From NCBI RefSeq assembly GCF_006345805.1, contig NC_043002.1, positions 79,794,001-79,858,000 on the forward strand: a DNA stretch of 64,000 bases. The letters run 5' to 3'. The first letter of the stretch is position 1. Every line of letters starts with the position of its first letter. Made by a program: the position numbers and the translations under genes. This document shows positions 54,087-64,000 of this stretch, one piece after another. The notes beneath the pieces were generated by a model. It made no database searches. It was not told the origin of the DNA and saw nothing but the letters and a program-made list of their open reading frames with translations. The DNA comes from Octopus sinensis (Eukaryota).

Positions 54087-54243
54087 CGACAGGCTTCTTT
54101 CAGTTTCCGTCTACCAAATCCACTCATTGGTCGGCCCGGGGCTATAACAGAAGACACTTGCCCAAGATGCCACGCAGTGGGACTGAACCCGGAACCATGT
54201 GGTTGGTTAGCAAGCTACTTACCACACAGCCACTCCTGCGCCT
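53830..54243 (-). mobile_element. tRNA-derived SINE, family B (most complete copy)
   Basis: Full head AGGCGCAGGAGTGGCTGTGTGGTAAGTAGC..CCGGGTTCAGTCCC, CORE-like segment, (TA)/(TG) spacer and 3' body. Confidence 0.85.
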
Positions 54244-56521
54244 ATATTTATATATATATATATATATATATTATATTATATTATATTATATATATTATAT
54301 TATATTATATTATATTATATTATATTATATTAACGTGACGTTTCCTCTGTAGTTCATTGCGTTTGCTCTGTGGCTCATGGTAATACTATTCAGTATAAAC
54401 AACTATGCTGTTTGGGTGTTTGTCTTAATTTTGGAACATCTATCCTCTTTTCTTTGCTTATTTCTTTATGAAATCCTGAATGCCACTATGTTCCGGTTGT
54501 CTTTTGTTTTTAGTTTTTTGTGAGAGTTTTATTTTTCTTGTATCTAAGTTGGAAACATTAACGATAGCCACAAGAGAAATACTTTAATGAATAAAAGAAA
54601 ACGCATTGACAGCAATGATTGTTTTGGATATGGCAGCTATAAATAAATTACGAGTAATATCAATTCACTACTTAGCTTGTCTGGCAGATTCTGATCTCTA
54701 AGCAAGACCCACGCTTATGAAAAGTTTGAAGTGAATGCTCCCTACAAAGTAACAAATCCAACTCAAATTTTACGGAACGGTTGTTGTTATTGTAGTAGTA
54801 GTAGTAGTTGTTGTTGTCGTTGTTGTTGTTGTTTTTGTTATTATTCACTCCATACTCAATCTTAAGTTAACGTGGTGAAAGATGATAAAAAGACGTGTTC
54901 ACAACGCTATTTCCTTCACAAAACTAGCGTAACTAAGACGTCATAGACTTATTCATCTTTCCTCATCAAAGAGAGTAAATATGATGTGATGAAAGGTTCT
55001 GACGGCTATTCTCTGCAATTCAATAGACCGTGTAGCTGTCCCATTCATTTATTCGATACAGAGACAGTTTTGAGTCCAGATATAAAGTTCATTAATTATG
55101 CAACTTTGAATCATCGAAAAAAATCAGGATGAATTTAAAGACGAATTCAACATCCGTTCTTTGATCCGGGGTCATAGTTTTCACTGTTTTGTGTCATACT
55201 TATGTGCTTTATCCATTCAGTGTCAGAGTTATCGAGACAGCCTTTACGTAGTTCCTCCCCCTGCTGGAAATAACGTCCATATTCCCTCTCAAGCTACGCA
55301 TTGAAGGTCTTCCCTCAGACAGGGTTGACTCTTTATTTGTATCTCTATGCGAAGGTTCAAGTTAGGGTTTCTAGAATGCTTGACACTTGCCAATACACGC
55401 AAATTTCCCCTCCCGTTGTTGTCCAAGGAAAAAAGTCCACCTCTTTCAGGCTGAAAACAGCTTTGCTCCAGTGTTGTCGATGGATTGTTGTTAGAAATCC
55501 TAGAGCTGGTGTAGATACCGTAGGGTAGATTGTACGACGCACTACCACTTTCGACAACTCTTACCTTGGATTAATACGTTGTTTTATCGATCCCATAAGG
55601 ATAAAACATAAAGTTGAGTTCGGCGGGATTTGAACAGAGTGCATTAAGCATTGGAACTAATACGGTGAGGCATTTTATCCAACGCCTTAACGATTATTTC
55701 AATTCGTTGCTTTAACTGCACCGTATTACGTTTAAAAAGGAAGGACATATTGATTTAATGAAAACCTGGAGGTATTTTCCACGAAACGAGACTGGACGAT
55801 CTTGCTTAGCGTTTTAAAACTTTTTTGGTCGTAGCTCTGGTTGATTAAAGCAAACCTTGGTGCTATGGCAGTATAGTACATAAATTTTGAATCGGTCGTT
55901 TGATTGAAGGACAATATAATGTTTCTTCTTCATCCTGTTCGGATACTAACAAACGTGGTAGATATTTTGAGCAGAGGAAAATCACAAAAGAACAGAAATT
56001 TTCATCTCTTTTATCATATTGACAGAGAAGAAAAAAAAAAAAAAAAAAAGGAAAATGAAACTTCGGAAAGACAAAAATATTTTTAAAAATTTTTTAAGGG
56101 TAGAAAAATAGTTTGATCGATGAATAAAATAAATAAACGTATTGAATGTGTTGTTGGAGGAATAATCTACATGTTATCATGCTTTAAGAGCTGAGGAAGA
56201 CATCGGTGAAATATTACTATGTTAGCTGAAGATTTGGCATCGGAAGAGTAGCCATCAATCTAATATTGGCAACGAATATTACTTGCTTATTAATTTGTAA
56301 GATATTCTGAAATGTATAGTTATGTTTTTTTCCTTTTTTTTGTCTTGAGATGAAGAATTTATTTGATAAATAATGAAATAGATAAATGAATAAATAAATA
56401 AAAATAGCCTATTGCTTTTTGGAACTGCAATATTTTTGTGATTACATGGAAACACGAATAACATATTAATGAATACATGCACTCTATATCCAAATGCACA
56501 CACACACATATATATATATAT

Positions 56522-57372
56522 ATTATGTGAAATAGAAAGATGAATAATCTTGTAGTAGATTAATCAAAAGTTTAACCGATACCTTAGTAGCAAAAAAGGC
56601 TTTTCGATGCCCCCATTGGCGGCGTTACACTTATCTGGCTTTTAAATAGCGTTTATAAATAATACCGGCACCCATAGCCCTTGGTAACAAATTCTGAAAT
56701 AGCCTTTAAGATATCTACGATTAACCACTGCAAGGGGAATTACTCCTGTTAGACAAACGGGGCTTGGTTTTTTCACAGCGGGGGGTTTCCTTGACAAGGC
56801 AGGCTTAGATGAACACACACACACATAAAACATAATATATATTTTTTTTTCTGCCACCCAACGGTTCTCGCGGCAGTAGCCACTGACAGCCGAACGATCA
56901 AACGCACACACGTACACAAAAAATGTTTTCTACCCCTACGCCAACACACACATATATAGAACAGTATACACACACGTCTCTAAGTAGATTTTTTCTCGCC
57001 CCTTATAAAACATCCAATATTCCTTAAATAGTCAGAACTTTATTCTCGGTCACAAAGAACACCCACACACCCTCACCCACATGATTGACCGATGCCTGAC
57101 CCGTTAAATTCTTCAGCCACCGGTTCTCAACATACACTGATAAACAGTTTCGCCATGGGCTCTTAGGAGCATAGTTCGATTTGTTTTTGCTCCGCCTCTG
57201 TTCTGTTTGTTTTTCCAACGGATTTCCTATTTCCTTCCTGAAGAGAAAGACACAATATGGTCCCATTATTCAATCGGATTTTGGTAATTTGTGCCTTTCG
57301 AAACACGTGTAGAATGAAATAAAACGATTTCTGTTCAATCTGCGTTCAGCTCCATTTCTTCAATTCACCAAT

Positions 57373-57380
<8 letters not shown>
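56522..57380 (+). mobile_element. PLE family 1 copy: inverted terminal piece (56522-56597) joined to ORF end plus pseudo-LTR (56598-57380) with hammerhead at about 57232-57318
   Basis: 56522-56597 is the reverse complement of about 43150-43224; 56598-57380 matches about 42270-43074; both sides abut (TA)n. Confidence 0.88.
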
Positions 57381-57449
<69 letters not shown>

Positions 57450-58094
57450 GTGTGTGTAAATATATATATGTATTTACACATATGTATATACATATACACG
57501 CAGACATACGTATATACAGATAAATATATACATATATATGCATAAATACATATCTATGTATACATATTAATATACATAGACACATACATATACATCCATA
57601 CATAAATATACACATATATATACATGTATAGATACATACATGTACGTACATGCGTGCATATGCATGCATACATACATACATACATACTTATATACATACA
57701 TTCATAGATTCACTCAAAGGCACGCAGACCATATCAATTTTCTCATTGAAGGATATCTTCCACAACTCCCCCGTTCGTCGCCAAATATATACAACTACAA
57801 GAGGTACAGAGGTCCAAATAGAAACAGAAGGAGAAGCAATAACAATGATAGAACATAAGCTGCTAAATGAAAAAATATGATAGCAACTGCAAAAACGAAT
57901 ACTCTTAGCGGTATTAGATACTTTTGACCAATCACGAAGCACAGTTGTGGCTGGTGTTGTTGTTTAGCCTTAGGTGAAACTCAGTCGAGTAGACATTTAA
58001 TTGAAGTATTGCAGACGTGACTATTCCGTCCTTGTTTTGTTTCTTTTGTCTTTAGGATGCAATTGTTATATGTTGCTTTTAAAGTATGTGTTCC

Positions 58095-58270
58095 AGTCAC
58101 TGTCTAGGACTATTCCGACAGAAAGTGTGGAGAGGAAGAGAGCAAGAGAATGTTGGAGTATTTTGTACACTGATGATATCAAAGAATGGACAAGAAACGA
58201 GAATCTGTGTGCAAGCAGCACAACATAGAGAGAAAGAATTGGAGAGTCTATACAAGCTTACATCTGGATG
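58095..58270 (+). mobile_element. Highly decayed RTE-clade LINE 3' coding remnant
   Basis: LSRTIPTESVERKRAR..LYTDDIKEWT..AAQHR resembles the RTE C-terminal GxVEGKRxRGR..W.D.IKEWT..A.DR pattern. Confidence 0.4.
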
Positions 58271-58368
58271 CATGGTGGATACTGGCTTATGATATAGTAT
58301 ATATAACGATATCATTCAATAGTAATTTAGTTTTCAAGACATAGCGTGTGATATGATACTCTCGTCAT

Positions 58369-58434
58369 AGGTTCGTCATCACTGAATGAAAGTAGCAGTA
58401 TACTAGCTACTTTTATTCAGTGATGACGAACCTT
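58369..58434. other. Isolated 66-nt near-perfect hairpin
   Basis: 19-bp perfect outer stem AGGTTCGTCATCACTGAAT/ATTCAGTGATGACGAACCT plus about 9 more pairs. Confidence 0.85.
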
Positions 58435-60440
58435 TGCCGAGAATATGATCAGTGACTCACCACGGATTTTTTGACTGACCTGCGAGGAACCTTGGGGAAA
58501 ATATCTCCTTGCAGTATAATATTGTAAAATGTTTATTTACAAACATTTACCTGAAAGTTAAACCCATGTACTCATAAGCGACACTCAAAAAGTGGAATAT
58601 TAAAGAGATTAAAAAATCTACATGCTGTGCTAAAACCATTCTGTTCTAGAAGGAGTGATTGTATTTCATCACTGACATCGATTCGTTATGAGCTCAAGTG
58701 GTTTAACTAACATATCTGAAAGAAAGAACAACAGAATCGGACGAATTTGTAGGTGATAGGTGTTTAAAAATTGTCTACAGGCAAACGTTTGGACACTTCA
58801 GTATGGCGTGGGAACAGAATCTGTCCTTTCAGTTCTAATTCTTCCTCAAAGAGAAAGGAACTTCTGACTGAGAGATAATTGACAATATAAAATATTTTGT
58901 GGGAACGATTCGAGAAAATGCTTTATGTTGAATGGATAAATAGATTGAAGCGAAGACATTGAGGGATGTAGTTTCAGACAAAAACCGCAGAATCAGCAAC
59001 TGAGAAAGTGTATATCACTGACAATGTGTTCTCCCATAGAGCAAAAGTATATATGTAGGGTGCGCTAGGTTGACGCAGACAGGCTTTAGCTTGAAGCGAG
59101 AAAAAAGAAACGTATCATAATTTGTATGAGAAAGACTAAGCTTAACTAAAACTAATTCATTGCTTAAAAAAAGAATGTTTTATTGATCATAAATGGTGGG
59201 CAGGTAGTTATAACCTGTGCAATGTTTGAACTCAAAATCTAGAGATACTGCAATGCATTTGCGAAGATGTTAATAATAGGTTTGTGAAAATAGGAAGAGC
59301 AATTCCGCCTATGTCGACTTTGTCTTTCATCCAGTCGGGGATCGATAAATTAAGTACCAGTTGCATACTAGGGTTGATCTAATCGACTGGGACCCTCCCT
59401 CAAATTTTTAAGCCTTGTGCCTAGAGTAGAGAAGAATAGAAAAGGTAATAAACTCGAGGTTTCTCGGTGACCCTAAGAATTGTTGGAGGGAACTTTCTGA
59501 CCGAATGACGTTTAAAATCGCTTCTAGTAGAAACAAATCCCGTAAATGCAAAAACATATCCAGTACTGACGTTAAAGCGGCGAAACAGATAAATCAACTA
59601 TCCAAGAAGAGATAAATCTATCCTATACGTATCCACACAGATTTTTGTCTACACAATTACATTCACAAGTAGCTACGTACCTAAAGTGAAGTCCCGTAGG
59701 ATCGAACCTGGATTTGTGTGATTATAAAATAAATTTCTTTAAACTCACACCAGCAGAACGCTAGTGTTTATTTCACTGTTCCAGAGTCTGTGAACACAAT
59801 ATATGAACGGATATACAAGTAGATACTGCAAGGTATATAATCTGGCGTTTTCCCGTCTCTGTATGAATGCATTCACTACATTCATTATAACAGCTTCATA
59901 AGATGATGTGATTATGAAAATCATAAAGAGATACAACGATCATCCAAATCTTTATTGTTATAGCTGGTTCCTTTTCTAGACACGTCTCCTTTCTCCTTGT
60001 ACGTGACGCTATGTATAGTGCATGGAATCGAGAACATTAGACTAGTGGTACTTTTATGAAAGATATAAGACAAGTTGAATTCTTATCTATTTTCACACTA
60101 GAGGCAATAAACAAGATATCACAAAGAGTTTTGATAAAGTTCCGTCGGTTGGAACATTTCTACATTTCTTGGTAAATATTGTTTGGATGGAGAGGGAACG
60201 AAAAGGTAAAGCCATACTCGGCACAGAAATAAATACCGTAAGGTCATCCAGTTTAAAGCTATCACATGACTCTTGGATGCATTTAACAGACTCCATTTTG
60301 TTGCAAACATTCAGAATATTTGTCGCATATTTTGGTACACTACTTGTTACTATGACACCCCATCAGTTGCGGATTCTTTCACGATACCCACGCTAATGTG
60401 TGTGTGTGTGTGGTGTGTGTGTGTGTGTGTGGTGTGTGTG

Positions 60441-60480
<40 letters not shown>

Positions 60481-60494
60481 TGTGTGTGTGTGTA

Positions 60495-61682
60495 CAGGGT
60501 GTCCGTAAAGTTTACTTAAATTTCAGAAATTTATTACAAAGGCAATAGATGGGATATGTTTATCAGATTTGTTCTATAAACTTAGTGGATATCAAAGATT
60601 TTCACCACATTGCATTTGTGGAAAAGGTTCTGGTAAATGAAACCTTAAAACAATGGCTGCTTCTCAAGGAAACCCACGATGTGTATCGGGGTTTAGTGAA
60701 AGAGAATCGGATATGGGGACTCGGCAAAACTTCAGGATTAATCATGCTTGACATCCACCGCCAGATCCATCAATTTGTGCATGGCACTAGAAGTTCATGG
60801 AAACAGGGAGAATGTTGGATACAATGAGGGTTGGACGATCAAACTTATATGAGGAAAACAACAATCGTGTAAGACAAGTCTTTGCTAGTTCTCCTACAAA
60901 GTCCATACTGCTGCCAGACAGTTACAGCTACCACATTCAGCAGTGTACAAAGTCCTACGCAAGAACTTGTGATTGTACGTTTACAAAGTGCATCTCTTAA
61001 TGACACTCGAACCAAATGGTAACCTAAGACTAAAAGACTTTGCAGTTAACATGCTGGAACGAATTTCTGAGGATGCAGCGGTATTCACCCGAGTTTGTTT
61101 TAGTTATGAGGCAACCATAACATAAACATACATAATGTGAGGATTTTGTGATCAGAACATCCACATGTGACCAGGTAACTTTACGGGGATAGACCAAAGG
61201 TGAATGTCTGGTGGAGAGTGATGTGCAATCGAATCTTTAATCCATTTTTCATCACAGAGAGTTCAATTTCAGCAAATGTTTACCTGTTTAACTTGACCTT
61301 TTGACTGAATACGTGGCACTACGACTGGATGATCTTCAACCAATCGCCGTCTTTCAGCAGGATGGTGCACCAATACATTGGAGACTGAATTTTTGTGGGT
61401 TCCTAAATTAAGCATTTCCAGACCGGTCGATTCGAAGGTGTGACCCAATTTCCTGGACACCTCGTTCCCGGGATATCACTCCCCTGCACGTCTATATATG
61501 GGGTTATGTTAGAGACATTGTGTAGCGAACAAAGATATGGGACATCAATGACCTGAAGCAAAGGATCACTGAAAGCATTGCCACCATTGATAAGTCTATG
61601 CTACAGCAAATATGGCAAGTAACTGATTACCGTCTTGATGTGCTTCCTGCAACTAATGGTGTCCATATAGAGATGTATTAAA
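60495..61682 (+). mobile_element. Decayed IS630-Tc1-mariner transposon, DD41D (rosa-like) transposase
   Basis: Starts TA|CAGGGTGTCC; motifs CFSYEAT, NIHNVRI, PKVNVW, FQQDGAPIH, WTPRSRDITPLH, IWGYVRDIV. I count 41 residues between the QDG Asp and the third catalytic position (now His, CAC from GAC). Multiple stops; no clear right TIR. Confidence 0.8.
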
Positions 61683-61732
61683 TGAAGCAAAAATCTTTAG
61701 AATCCACTCCTTATTTTATAATGACTAGCCAT

Positions 61733-61764
<32 letters not shown>

Positions 61765-61798
61765 CACACACACACACACACCACACACACACACACAC

Positions 61799-61874
<76 letters not shown>

Positions 61875-62015
61875 ATCAACGAGGGGGCGATGCGTTCTGT
61901 TAGTTAATAACTGAAAAGCTGTATACTAAATGCACAAACGTAAACAGACACTGAATGTCAACATATAATAAATGCACAAAAGAACGGGAAACATATACAG
62001 TTTTTGACACATATG

Positions 62016-62068
<53 letters not shown>

Positions 62069-62630
62069 GGGACAGAGAGAGGGGGAGAGGGAGAGAGAGG
62101 TAAGTAAATAGATACATGTGTATGGAATGCATGCTTTTTTTTTTAGGAACAAGGCCAATAATTTCTGAGAAGGAATGTTACTCGAGTAGATCCTCCCAGG
62201 TTTCAACTCGCACTTCCATTTCAACGACCCCCGAGCGCGTGAAGAATAAAGATGACATCGGGAAGATCTGAAGCCAGAACCTAAAGAATGGGAACAAAAC
62301 ACGACGAACATAAAGACGAAATGCCGCTAAGCGTTTTGTCCGATACGCTAACAGTTCTATCAAATGGATGCCTAAATAATACTAATGCTAACTAAACGGA
62401 ACTCTTGGATATTCCAAGGTATAAGCCAGCAGATTTGAATACATTATGGTAATATAATTAAGTTAAACACGAGCAAGAAATGCCAAATAATACTTTTGAA
62501 GTCGTGCCATTTTATCAAATCTGTACTTTTAAATATGACATTTCGTTTTAGATCGGTTATTCATTTATTTGTTTATCTGTCAATATATCTCCCTATCTGC
62601 ATATCTATTGATGTATCTGAAGACTCGCCC

Positions 62631-62730
<100 letters not shown>

Positions 62731-62902
62731 GTCTGTCTGTCTGTCTGTCTGTCTGAGAAGATGCTAAAATGTAAGAGAATTCTAATTCAAACAGACGATT
62801 GTTTCGAACAAGGATATAAAAATCATGAAAATTCATGGTTGAATAAGAATAATTAAATTAATTATATATCACTGTACTCATCAACGCAAGAAGTATAAAC
62901 AA

Positions 62903-62943
<41 letters not shown>

Positions 62944-63024
62944 CTTTATTTAAAAGCAGACGAACGGGAACGTGAAACTCCGAGTAACAGCTTTTTGATA
63001 TTTTTCTGCTGCTTTTAAATAAAG
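62944..63024. repeat. Short inverted repeat (16-bp perfect arms, ~49-nt spacer)
   Basis: CTTTATTTAAAAGCAG ... CTGCTTTTAAATAAAG. Confidence 0.75.
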
Positions 63025-63097
63025 CATATTAATCTACCTCTGGTATTTGAGTACTCTTTTCTCCACACCATGTTTCACATTTATGTGCTTACTCTGG

Positions 63098-63132
<35 letters not shown>

Positions 63133-63148
63133 ATGTGTGTGTGTGTGT

Positions 63149-63187
<39 letters not shown>

Positions 63188-63190
<3 letters not shown>

Positions 63191-64000
63191 GGCTGAGTAA
63201 AATGTAAGCAATGTTTTGAAACACGAAATTCATCACAATATATTTCAACAACGCAGAAATTTTATTCATCAAAGTCAGTACCATTACAATCAAAACATTT
63301 TTGCCAACATGTTTCAAGTTTGTCTATTCCGGTAACATAAAAATCCGGAGTTCTGCACCTGATGAACTCTGTGAGCGCACTTTCAGCATCCGTTTGATTT
63401 TTAACTCCTTCTCTCGCAGGAAACCATCAAGGTGCTTGTAAAAATAGTAGTCGGTAGGATGGTTGAGGAAAAACTTCGTAGCCGAGTTCCTACAACTTCT
63501 GGAGAGTCTCTAGTGAAACGTATTGTCGAGCAATGTCATGAAGAATTATTGGCCCTCTTCTGTTGAGCAGTCTGGGACGGAGGAGTAGCAGTTTTTCGTT
63601 CATTCGGCGATTTCATGGCAATATGTTTCTGCATTAATGATTTTTCCGGGTTTTAAGTAGTTATATTGGATGAGTCTAGCAGTATACCACAAACAGAGCC
63701 TTCTTTTTGAAGAACTCGGGAGTAGAGAAAATTTTTCGGCGCCTCATTTTAGTCCAACCACTGCAAAGAAATTTTTTATTATTGTACAGAATCCACTTTT
63801 CATCACAATACACAATACGGTCGAGAAATGAATGGATCTGGTTACGGAGAAGTGACGAGCAAATTTTATATCGGCGCATTTTCTGATTTTCCTTCAAATC
63901 GTGTGGTACTCATTTGTCGAGCTTTTTTTTATTTTCCAGTCGCATGCAAATGATTGCAGGCAGTTTTGTGACTAACTTCAGGTACTTTTACCATTTCTTG
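63188..64000 (-). mobile_element. Decayed mariner (DD34D, Hsmar1/SETMAR-like) transposon, runs off the window
   Basis: TIR-like TTAGGCTGAGTAAAATGTAA at 63188; minus-strand motifs FLDRIVYCDEKWILYNN, INAETYC, PTDYYFYKHLDGFL and FYVTGIDKLETCWQKCFDCNGTDFDE* (stop at 63262-63264). Confidence 0.85.

Noticed and set aside
55195-55560. Possible minus-strand exon (about 90 open codons; alternative short frame REYGRYFQQGEELRKG)
   Set aside because: No convincing acceptor with a polypyrimidine tract and no recognisable homology.

Overview
AT-rich, repeat-saturated animal genomic DNA with no host protein-coding gene that I can support; nearly all listed ORFs are microsatellite translations. The SINE families, microsatellite load and transposon types resemble an octopus/cephalopod genome (inference from recalled repeat sequences, not a search). 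Main content: (1) a Penelope-like element (PLE; RT plus GIY-YIG endonuclease, frameshifted) arranged as a ~5.5 kb palindrome at 37669-43224, with two more partial copies; (2) at least five distinct families of minimal type-I hammerhead ribozyme (HHR) motifs, about 11 copies, several with non-canonical cores (A6U, A6C, U3-A8); (3) a second PLE 3' fragment; (4) many fold-back/palindromic repeats; (5) decayed R4/Dong-like and RTE-like LINE pieces, Chapaev3-like, DD41D, mariner and Tigger-like transposase remnants, two MITEs and dozens of tRNA-derived SINE copies. Differences between near-identical copies are mostly 1-bp indels, so many frameshifts may be long-read consensus errors. All coordinates were read by eye and may be off by a few bases.
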